Positions 40,280-51,187 of a stretch of DNA of 64,000 nt are shown in pieces. The stretch spans positions 162,502,001 through 162,566,000 of the forward strand of contig NC_042997.1 of the NCBI RefSeq assembly GCF_006345805.1. The letters run 5' to 3'. The translations under genes were made by a program, and so were the position numbers. This DNA comes from Octopus sinensis (Eukaryota). Below the pieces are notes generated by a model, which saw nothing but the letters and a program-made list of their open reading frames with translations, did no database searches and was not told the DNA's origin. Each line of letters opens with the position of its first letter. The first letter of the stretch is position 1.

Positions 40280-42570
40280 GTAATTTAAATATTTTTTCCT
40301 TTCTCTGTTTCCGTTAATTAAGTTCTAGGTAACATTTTAAAGTAAGCCTTGACTTAATCGTTGAAATATCCTATCGGTATATTTCTAGTTATAAATGGAT
40401 CCTTTTCAACTGAATCTTAGACTATGCAATGGAAATAGAAGTATAGAATATATAATTATTTAGTGATCGCAAGGCTTCTGCTTTTATAAGAGATGTGACA
40501 TAAGTAAAATGAACTGAAGTTGTTTACTATTCAGGTTCGAAGTTGATTCACGGTCTATATATTATCTGGGATTTATATTCTGTCTTTCTTTAATATTCAT
40601 TTTTTATAAGGCCACCAGGCTTCAGATTTTATGTGACTAGAGAAAGTTGTGATCTTCATGTCTTTCCCTATACAATTTTGTGCGAGTGAAATTATGAGTT
40701 CTGTCCAGAGTCGAAACCGAGTGGAAAACACGCTTGGAAATGTTTTCTCTCAAAACATATTTCTTTCACTACAAAACATATTTCTTCAATCTCAAGTATT
40801 TTTAACATTGGTAATTTAATCCCTAATATTTTTTTTAAACAACACACTTAACCCTATTATTTCTGACGATTGAAACACTGGAAATTATCACACCCAACAT
40901 TTAACATTTATTAGTGGGTCACCCTTCAAATTATGGTATTTAGACTCAGGAGAAAATACAAACAAGCCAAAATAACAGAAGAATAAAATACCGAGCACGA
41001 ACCAAGTTTCAAATATTACATATGCAATCATTTCTCTTTAATTTTCAAATACTTATTTACAAAGATTAGTATTGTTTGATCAAGTGCATAACTGATTCCA
41101 CAGGAATCTCTACTATACTGGATTAAAGAATACTACCCTTGTTAAATATATATCTGTAGTAATTACATATTTTATTCTTAAAAATAAAAATCATTGTTAA
41201 ATATACATAACTGAAGCATTATCGTTTGTTTCTTCTGAAAATTTAATGACTTTCGTGATTGTTGTATTCTATTGCTCTGGTTTCTAAATTACTTTCGGGG
41301 TTAACGGCCATAATATGAAGGGTCACTGATTAATGATTATATGGCAATGAAATCTCATTAACAGCATTCAGAAAATAGCTATTACATAATTAAATAGCAA
41401 TTCATCAACATTTTTGTCGTATGATGCAATTCTTCGGATTCCTTCACATTCCGCGAATAATCGAAACACTGTTTTTGCCATACAGTGATAGCCAATAATT
41501 GAAGCTGTTTAACAACTCATTAGACCTATGATCAATAGCTTTTTTTTTTCAGACGAGGCTATCTCAGGCTACATAACTCAATATGTCCTTCCATTTTTGA
41601 AAAAACAGTAGGGTGTGATTTCAGAAAAATTGAGCTGCTATTTTTAACAGCTCATTGTCTGGAGGCGGTGGGTAAAGAGACACTATTGATAAGAATGACG
41701 CACAGATAGGATCCCGAAATCCAACTTTCAGTAACACAACATTACTCCTAATTCTAAAATTTCTAACTGGTACAAAACCACATGTATGTGTATATGTAGG
41801 GTGAGAGATGAGTTAATTAGATCAGCTTCGGTACTTGACTGGTACTTATTTTTCACTCCCAAAAGTATAAAAAGCAAAGTTGACTGCAGAGGAATTTGAG
41901 CTCAGAATGTAAAAGGCTGTAACTAAATGTTGTAAGGCATTTTATTGCACATCATAAAATTTTCTTGCTCTGCCTTTCAGTACAATATGTAACAGTGGTG
42001 TTGTTGTTTAACCCCAGGTCAAATCTGGTCAGAATTTTCTCAGAGAGCAGAGATATTGTATTTTGAGATTGAGTGACTACTTGGAAATACATGGCACACT
42101 ATACAAGCAGGCTTGACCATTGTCTTTTCCGAGGCATGAAACTAATAGCTGCTTGAATTTAAATTTTGTGCATCTTAAATGGTGTTATACATACACACAC
42201 ATTATCATCATCATCATCCTTTTGACATCTGCTTTTCCATCTTTGACCAGATAGTTTTTCTGCAACCAATCCTCGTCTGTTATCAGGATAGAAATATGTC
42301 TCTATGCCCTGACATGTTTGTGTGAAACACTGGAAATGAATGATACCACTTATATGGAAATGACACATTTGCAACTATTATGCAATGTGAAGACAAGGAG
42401 CCACAAACACATGCACATGCATTATACATATATACATAGGTACATACATACGGGAATACACTCACAAAGCCCAGTTATAGAAGAGAGCACTTTCCCTAGT
42501 TGCGATGCAGGAGGAAACAGAAACAGAAACCATGTTGGTGGGAAGCAAGCTTCTTAACCACAACCATGCC

Positions 42571-42610
<40 letters not shown>

Positions 42611-42758
42611 CTTTATTTTAAGCAGCAGAAAATTCAACAAAATCTGTTACTCTGAGTTTCTCGTTGCCGTTCATCAGACAGTTTTTGCTGTCTGATGAAC
42701 GGCAATGAGAAACTCAGAGTAACAGATTTTGTTGAATTTTCTGCTGCTTAAAATAAAG
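42611..42758. repeat. Near-perfect palindrome (71-bp arms, 6-nt loop), Penelope-like terminal-repeat remnant
   Basis: Arms 42611-42681 and 42688-42758 differ at one position. Confidence 0.9.
42688..42725 (+). ncRNA. Minimal type I hammerhead motif (right arm of a palindrome; mirror copy on the - strand at about 42644-42681)
   Basis: cugu CUGAUGA a cg gcaa ug a GAA ACUC a GAGU A acag; stem I cugu/acag, GNRA-capped stem II, GUA triplet, A-A at 10.1-11.1. Confidence 0.6.
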
Positions 42759-42844
42759 CATATTACTCTACTACTGGTATTTGAGTACTCTTTTTTCCAC
42801 CTTGTTTCACATTTATGTGTTTACTGCGGTATATATATATATAG

Positions 42845-43056
42845 TTAGTTATATATAGTTTCTCCTTCCGGTCTTTCAAAATGTGACCTCGTGTGTACCG
42901 TTGGCGATTTTTTTTCTTCTGTCTTCCCTTCTCCTATGTTTCTGATGAAGAGCTCCGCTCAAAACGTTAAACCCTCCTTCTTCCCTTCTTTCCTGAGAGT
43001 CCAATAATACTATATTTGTTCCACGTCCTCGCGTGGCTGTGTTTTCTTGTTTGGAT

Positions 43057-43060
<4 letters not shown>
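42845..43060 (+). mobile_element. Penelope-like terminal-repeat remnant (related copies at about 5400-5640 and 49988-50100)
   Basis: Shared gttggcgattttt...gagc-nnn-gctcgaaacgt...ccctgagcg sequence in three places, each in (TA)n. Confidence 0.55.
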
Positions 43061-43093
<33 letters not shown>

Positions 43094-43228
43094 AATATGT
43101 ATATATATGTGTATGTATATTGCACTCTCTCACCTTACTATTCTTATGCCTCATTATCACCATGGGCTCCTTGAGAGCGGTCAGCTAAAAGTTTTTTGTG
43201 CATTTTGATGTCGACATAAGTTTCCTTG

Positions 43229-43313
43229 ATTTTCCTGAAGAGAAATCTGCATAATGTACTCCTTATTCCTTCGGAATTAGGAATATGCAGCCTTCGAAAC
43301 ATATGTCGAGAAT
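43229..43313 (+). ncRNA. Type I hammerhead ribozyme, canonical core
   Basis: Stem I attttc/gagaat; CUGAAGA (43235-43241); stem II closed by G-C (GAA/UUC, then ctgcata/tatgcag); GAAA (43296-43299); palindromic stem III ACAUAUGU; GUC triplet, cut after 43307. Confidence 0.85.
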
Positions 43314-43711
43314 AAAGGATATTTGTTAACTAGTCGTGCAACTCCATTCTTTGATATACTTATAATTTTAAAATAAACATACAAATTTCCGCACGAAGAC
43401 ACGTAGTCTATGCCCTAGGGACATAGCTTCAACCGTGTTCTTTCTGATGTGAATTTGCTACCCAGGTATCGGTTATCTTTCGAATTATCCTTAATAAGAT
43501 AATTCATTCCATTACTCAAATATATATATATATATGTGTGTATGTAGATATATGTGTATGTATATATATATGTGTGTATATTTATATATATGCGTATGTA
43601 TATATATATATGTATGTGTGTGTATGTATATATATATGTGTATATATATATGTGTATATATATATATATGTGTGTGTGTTTGTATATATATATATATATA
43701 ATTATATATAT

Positions 43712-43760
<49 letters not shown>

Positions 43761-43781
43761 ATATATAATATATATATATAT

Positions 43782-46700
43782 GATTTTGATTTTGATTTTT
43801 CCAGTTTCAAACCATTTGGTTTGCTACATGATTTTACCTCACGAATGCTTTTTAGCAACTGCCATTTGGTGCATGAGAGAGTTCGATGCAGCTGCCCTCA
43901 TCTGCACCTCCTGCCGTGAAGTTGGTTCATCCGGGACACCTGACAGGAAGAGATCCAGTCCTATTTTAAAGACATCCGCATCTACACCATGCAGGTCCCT
44001 CAGGTTCTTTGGGAGGATATTGAAGAGCTGTGGGCCTCTGAAGCCCAGGCTATCACAGTATCTTGTCCTACATCTTGATGGCAAATTTGGAGTCCTTGGT
44101 ACCACGCAGTGGCGCCCGGTTCTGGCATTTGTGTGACTCTCGATGCCAAAGTTTGGGACAAGTCCTTCCAGGATCTTCCAGATATATATTATGGCATATC
44201 TTTCTCGCCTACACTCCAAGGAATAGAGTTTTAATCTCTTGAGTCTTTCCCAGTAGCTTATATGCTGCACAGAGGCTATCTTCTTCGTGTAGCTTCGTTG
44301 GATCGCCTCAAGTTCTGTGATCAACTTGACACTGGATGGTGACCATAGCTGAGAGCAATATTCAAAGTGGCTTAGGACAAGTGTCTTCCAGAGGACCATC
44401 ATGGTTTCTTGTTCTCTTGTTCTAAAGGTTCTAAGAATCCATCCGGCCAGCCGTCTACATTTCATTGCCAGTTTAGCAACATGTACATGAAAGGTCGCGT
44501 CATCACTCATGTGAATACCCAGGTCACGCACTGATTGTGCCTCTGGGATTGCAATCCCTCCGGGTCCAGTGTATTCATTGGGTATTGCATTCAGTTTTGC
44601 ATGCTGATAGCATAAAGCTTGAAACTTTTCAGCATTGAACTGCATGCTATTCTTTTCAGCCCACTTGTATATTTTGTCCAGCTCACATTGCAGGTGCTTA
44701 GTGTCTTCAGGGTTCTGTATTGCCTGTGAAACTTTTGTATCATCTGCATAACTTGTGATCGTGGCTCTCTGCGTGGCTGAGGGCATGTCTGAAAGGGCCA
44801 TTATGAACAGTAGTGGTCCCAAAACAGTGCCCTGCGGAACACCGCTCACTATTTGCGTGTTAATGGAAGTGGCCCCATTGGCTACTACCACCTGACTTCT
44901 ATTCTTCAGAAAGTCATGAAGCCATTCTCCCAATTTTCCAACTACGCCAAGATCACGCAGTTTGTGACATATCATTCCATGATCGACTTTATCAAAGGCC
45001 TTTGCAAAGTCGAGATATATCACTTCCACATTTGTGTGGTTGAGCAGTCGTTTCAACACCCAGTCATAGTGTTGTAGGAGCTGAGTTAAGCAGCTTCTTC
45101 CTGGTCGGAAACCATGTTGGGTGTCAGGCAGCAAGTCATTTTCTTCAAGGAAGGTGATTAGTTTCCTTCTGACTATTCGTTCCATAACCTTGCTGATGTG
45201 TGAGGTTAGAGAGATAGGTCTGTAGTTCTTGGCCTCCGCTCTGCTACCTCCTTTATGAATAGGGCATATTTTACCCTCCTTCAGTTTTCTTGGAAGTTTG
45301 CCAGTTGCAAGGAAGCTCTGAAAGAGAGACTGCAGTGGTCTTGCTAGGACTCTCTTACATACTTTTAGAAGGATTGCCGGGAATCCATCGGGGCCAGTAG
45401 CTGAGTTTGTTTTCATCTCATCTATAGCCTTTATTACATTGTCTTCTTTATATTGATGTAATCAATCATCGCCGCCTCTGACCCCATATCTGCAGTGGTG
45501 AAGAAGTCAGTTGGATTGCTGATTTGGAAATGCCCAAGGGGTGGGGTGAAAACACTCTTGAATTGCTCATTTAGTATTTCACTTACCCTCATTGGATTTC
45601 CTGTGAGTGTGCCATCCCTTTCAAGGAGTGGCCCTATCCTACAGTGCACCGTAGCTGTTTCTTTGGAATACCTGTAGAAAGCTCTGGGGTTAGATTTTAT
45701 GTTGTCTATAGCCCAGGCTTCTTTGTCTGCTCTTTCCTTTTCATGGGAGAGTTGCAGACCTTTTTCAATTTCCAACAGTTTCATTTTCAGGCGGGACTTT
45801 TCATTGCTTTCAATTTGTTTGTTTAGGCGATTTGAAATTTTGTATGCCGTCTCATTAGAAGTTTCCTCTCTCTGGGGATTTTGTTCTTGTGTACAGTGGC
45901 CTTTCTCTCTGGGACACATTTGTAGCATATGGCTTGCATTACAGACATGAATTGTTGAAGTTTCACGTCGATGTCTGGCGAGGAGAGACACTCAGGCCAG
46001 TTTTGTTTGAGGATCTCTTTCTCAATTTGTTTCCAGTTTGCCTTATGGAAGTTCAAGCTGGAAAGATTCTGAGGGTTTCTTGTAGGCTGCATGTCCATGC
46101 TTTCCTTTGGCCCATACATGGTCAGCTCTACCATGTTGTGATCCGAGAGTAGTGTCGGTGTCACTTTCACATTATAGATGAGATCCATATTATTTGTGAA
46201 GCAGAGATCCAGTGTGTTACCTGCCCTGGTTGGTTGGAGTATTACTTGCTCCATGTACAGGGTGTTGATGAGGTTCAGGAGGGACCTCGCTTGTCCTCGT
46301 TCACATCTTGTCATTCCTGGGAGAGAAAGGCCCTCGGGCCATCTGACATTGGGTAGATTGAAGTCTCCCATAAGAAGTACACTTATGTGTTGTTCTAATG
46401 TGATTAGAACTTCTTCTATTTTTATAAGGCAGTCTTCAAACTTGCCTACATGGCTTGGGGCATCTGGAGGGCGATATGTAGCACACACAACTACATCAAG
46501 TTGCCTTATATATACAATTAGTGTGTCACACACCGAGTTTGAGTATGACAAAAGGACCTGGGGTGTGAGGTCCTCACGGATGTACATAGCAACTCCTCCA
46601 TGACTCCTTTCTTTTCTGTCAGTCCGTAGTACAACATACTGTGGTATGTGTAATTCTGCATCTGCTATGTCCAGTTTCAGGTGCGTTTCCTTAAGTGCTA

Positions 46701-46790
46701 TGCATAAGGCTTGATTGCATGCAACAAAGTCTCTCAAGAACGGGATTTTTGTCCTGTTACTGAGTGTTTGCAGTCCTCTGATGTTCATGT
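43782..46790 (-). mobile_element. CR1-clade LINE, 5'-truncated at the start of the endonuclease, two frameshifts
   Basis: NIRGL, YRPP, GDFNLP, LDLCFTN, SDHN; YRPISLTS, QHGFRPGRSC, LDFAKAFDKV, GVPQGTVLGP, YADD; short (AAAATC)n tail; (TA)n on both flanks. Confidence 0.92.
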
Positions 46791-47316
46791 ACTTATATAT
46801 ACATATATATAAGTACATATGTGTATATACACATATATGTATATATATATGTGTATATATATATATATATAATATATATATAAATGTATATATATACATA
46901 TACATATATATATACATATATTTATGTATATATATATATATATATAAAGCTGAAGCTGTCTGTGTATGGCAGGTTTGGTGGTAGCCTTCAACTAACACTA
47001 TCTCCTCTAAGACCCTGCGGCGCAAGTTGACCAAAATTGAGAGTATGATAGATGAAGGCTTGCTCCTCCTTCCGTAGAAGAAAAAATTCAAATCAGACCA
47101 TGTTAACACCAAAAATTATTTACATGAAATTATTTTCTATGAAAATCCTTATTTTTTTACTGCTGTATCGCCATTTTTCTGTGTATTTCAACCAGAAAAA
47201 TGTTCACTTAAAGAAAATAACAAGCTACATAATGCAAAATTTTTACTTTTCAAAAATTCCAATTCTAAAGGGTTGAAACAAATCCGAACGACGGTGGGCG
47301 TTACTGCTAGTATACG

Positions 47317-47358
<42 letters not shown>

Positions 47359-47420
47359 AACCCATGCTAGCATGGAAAACGGACGTTAAACGATGGTGAT
47401 GATATATATATATATATATA

Positions 47421-47598
47421 TTATATATAGAGGGCATTATACATACATGCCAGGAGGCATTATACACACATGCCAAACGCTAAGAGGGACAATCAGTCAT
47501 TTCTACCATTTGGTAGAAATGACTGATTGTCCCTCTTAGCGTTTGGCATGTATGTATAATGCCTCCTGGCATGTATGTATAGTGCCCTCTATATATAA
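47421..47598. repeat. Near-perfect palindrome (88-bp arms, 2-nt loop)
   Basis: Centre ttctacca-tt-tggtagaa; two mismatches. Confidence 0.9.
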
Positions 47599-47717
47599 AT
47601 TAATATGTTCAATAAGAAATAATTATTTTCGAAATTTTTTCTCTTATGAGGTTTTTACGCTATCTACCTGACAATTTCTTGTTAAGTTTTCCTTATTAAG
47701 TAGTTGTCCTTAATTGC

Positions 47718-47750
<33 letters not shown>

Positions 47751-47971
47751 ATATATATACACATATATATATATATGTATATATATACATTTATATATAT
47801 GTATATATATATATATACATACATAAATATAAGAGAGTGACCACTATATGGTCGACTCTAGCACTAAAAATAGACCCGCTATGGTATTAGCCACTAAAAA
47901 TTGTTTCCAAGGAGAATTAACACAACATTTAATGTAAACGAGGCAAGTGAAAAACAACGAAAATATAGATT

Positions 47972-48048
47972 AACTCTGGACAATTGTTTCGCTATTAATG
48001 TAATATGCAATTTTACTTACACAACATCTATAGGTCATCAGCAGAATT
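47972..48048 (-). ncRNA. Type I hammerhead ribozyme motif (C-C at 10.1-11.1)
   Basis: Minus strand: aattctg CUGAUGA ccuau...auagc GAA ACAAUUGU C cagagtt; 7-bp stem I, palindromic stem III, GUC triplet. Confidence 0.72.
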
Positions 48049-48207
48049 TGTCTAAAATACAATTTATTAAATCGCACGCTAAATTCAACACAACCCTTAT
48101 TTGTAATATATATATACATATATATGTATATATATATATATACATATATATGTATATATATATATATACATATATATGTATATATATATATATAATATAT
48201 ATATATA

Positions 48208-48360
48208 CTCACGGAGTGGTTGGCGTTAGGAAGGGCATCCAGCTGTAGAAACATTGCCAAATTAGACTGGAGCCTGGTGCAGCCTTCTGGCTTCCCAGAA
48301 CCCCGGTCGAACCGTCCAACCATGCTAGCATGGAGAACGGACGTTAAACGACGATGATGT
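48208..48360 (+). mobile_element. Short retroposed element sharing the RTE 3' end (others at 47357-47403 +, 48661-49000 +, about 62532-62890 -)
   Basis: ggagtggttggcgttaggaagggcatccagctgtagaaac...ggacgttaaacgatgatg, same in type as 60674-60833. Confidence 0.85.
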
Positions 48361-48573
48361 ATGTATATATAAAATTAATTAAGGGTAGGAATTGATATTT
48401 ATCAATTAAAACCAGTGGTCTAGCATATTAAAAAGAATCCAAAGATTAAAATATTTATATATACCAATTAAGGACTGAACACGAAAAGTGGACAGTCAAC
48501 ATGCTAGATATAGACGTCAAATCGCCATTCTCCACAAAGATTATGTTCTCAAATCAAACTCAGCACATATGTA

Positions 48574-48629
<56 letters not shown>

Positions 48630-48995
48630 TATATACATATATGTATATGTATATATATACATAACAGCTCCACCTGAGCGGGATCACTGTCAGAGCAGCT
48701 GTCTGGCTTCCATGCCGGTGAGCACGTAAAAAGTACCATTTGAGAGTGATCGTTACCAGCGTTGCCTTACTGGCACATGAACAAAATATTCGAGCAAGGT
48801 CATTGCCAGTACCACTGGACTGACTTCTGTGCAGGTGGCACATAAAGAAACACATTTCGAGCGTGACCGTAGCCTTCATCTGGCTGTGTAAGCTCTGCTA
48901 GATCAGATTGGAGCCTGGCGCAGCCATCTGGTTTGCCAGTCCTCAGTCAAATCGTCCAACCCATACTAGTATAGAGAGCGGACATTGGATGATGA

Positions 48996-49050
<55 letters not shown>

Positions 49051-49055
49051 TATAT

Positions 49056-49833
49056 ATAAGGGCTTAGTAAAATAAATTACTTTGCCACATACTGAACTCA
49101 TTAGAAATAGCAGCTAAAGAAATTTCTTCAGCTATTTCTAATACTTAAAGAAGATCTCTCTCAGATAGTGTTTGCCTAAACCAACTCACAAAGGTATGGG
49201 GAAAAAAACATTAAAAAATCAAGTGCAAAGGTTATTTGAGAACGTACGTTTCTAGATTAGTCAATTCGACATTTCTTTCGTCAGCTCAGAATTCCTTGAA
49301 TCGGATTTGGGAACACTGAAAGTCGGGAGCATACCCTTTCGGCTTCTCATCACCTCTAGAATTCTGCTCGAACTAAAAGTGCTATCAAATCCGAATATGC
49401 AAGCGAAGAATTTCTGCTCTCCCCTTTCCACCAGCGTGGGTTAAAATTGACAAACACCATGTATTAACGGTGAAAACCGCAGCATTTAACAGAGAGAGAT
49501 GAATTATAATTTCAACAATTGAGGGTAAAATTAATTAATTATTAATCCATTTCACCAAGTATTCAGTATGTAAGGGACTATTTTAGGCAAATTCAAAACA
49601 TATTACATTATATATAAGGGCTTAGTAAAATAAATTACTTGCCACATACTGAACTCATTAGAAATAGCAGCTAAAGAAATTTCTTCAGCTATTCTAATAC
49701 TTAAAGAAGATCTCTCTCAGATAGTGTTTGCCTAAACCAACTCACAACCAATTCGCCTAAAATGGTCCCTTTACATACTGAATACTTGGTGAAATTGATT
49801 AATAATTAATTAATTTTACCCTCAATTGTTGAA

Positions 49834-49834
<1 letters not shown>
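49056..49834. mobile_element. Penelope-like remnant with direct and inverted terminal repeats
   Basis: Direct repeats 49056-49190 / 49614-49746; inverted repeats about 49510-49594 / 49749-49834; contains a hammerhead motif. Confidence 0.6.
49234..49292 (-). ncRNA. Degenerate type I hammerhead motif
   Basis: Minus strand: tgag CUGACGA a aga...guc gaauu gac...ucu a GAA ACGUACGU U cuca; palindromic stem III; stem II partly mismatched. Confidence 0.5.
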
Positions 49835-49870
<36 letters not shown>

Positions 49871-50112
49871 ATATATATACACACACTGTGCTTGAGGAGA
49901 CCTATAGAGTCAAGTACATCAACATCAAAAAATCAAATGGAAGTTGTAGTTGTGATACCTGTGCTGGTGGCACGTAAAAAGCACCATCCGCTCGAAACGT
50001 TAAACCCTCCTTTCTTCCTTCTTTCCTGAGCGTCCAATAAACTATATTTGCTCCACATCGCATTGTGTGTTTTTTTGTGCTTTCTTGTTTGGATTAACTA
50101 TAAATATATATA

Positions 50113-50165
<53 letters not shown>

Positions 50166-50606
50166 TATATATATATATATATGTATATAATAATTATATA
50201 TATATATATATGTATATATAGTATATATGTATATATATATATGTATATATATGTATATATGTATATATATAATATGTATATATATGTATATATGTATATA
50301 TATATATGTATATATATAATATATATATATATATGTATATGTATATTGTATATAATGTATATAGATATTATAATATGTATATATGTATATATATATTGTA
50401 TATATATGTATATATGTATATATATATATGTATATATATGATATATGTATATATATATATGTATATATATGTATATATGTATATATATATATTGTATATA
50501 TATGTATATATATATATATGTATATATATGTATAATGTATATATATTATATTGTATATATATTATATATATAGTATATATATATATATTGTAATATATAT
50601 ATATAC

Positions 50607-50941
50607 GTGAAAGCGCATGGCTCAGTGGTTAGAGCGTCGAGCTTACGATCGTGAGGTTGTGAGCTCTAATCCCGGACCGGGCTGCGTGTTGTGTTCTCGA
50701 GCAAGGCACTTTATTTCACGTTGCTCAGTTCACTCAGCTGTAGAAATGAGTTGCGACGTCACTGGTGCCAAGCTGTATCGACCTTTGTCTTTCCCTTGGA
50801 TAACACTGGTGGCGTGGAGAGGGGAGGCTGGTATGCATGGGCGACTGCTGGCCTTCCATAAAAAAACCTTGCCCAGACTTGTGTCTAGGAGGGTAACTTT
50901 CTAGGTGCAATCCCATGGTCATTCATGACTGAAGGGGGTCT
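50607..50941 (+). mobile_element. tRNA-derived SINE (related heads at about 23645-23930 and 28715-28870)
   Basis: tggctcagtggttagagcg head; gagcaaggcactttatttcacgttgctc core; inserted in (TA)n. Confidence 0.8.
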
Positions 50942-50996
50942 TTATATATATATATGTAATATATATATATGTATAATATATATGTATATATATATG

Positions 50997-51077
<81 letters not shown>

Positions 51078-51088
51078 GTATATATATG

Positions 51089-51119
<31 letters not shown>

Positions 51120-51187
51120 GTATATATAATATATGTATATATATGTGTATATATATATTATATGTATATATATATATATGTATATAT

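Noticed and set aside
44853-46984. Plus-strand ORFs overlapping the CR1 (likewise minus-strand ORFs over the RTEs)
   Set aside because: Antisense shadows of LINE coding sequence
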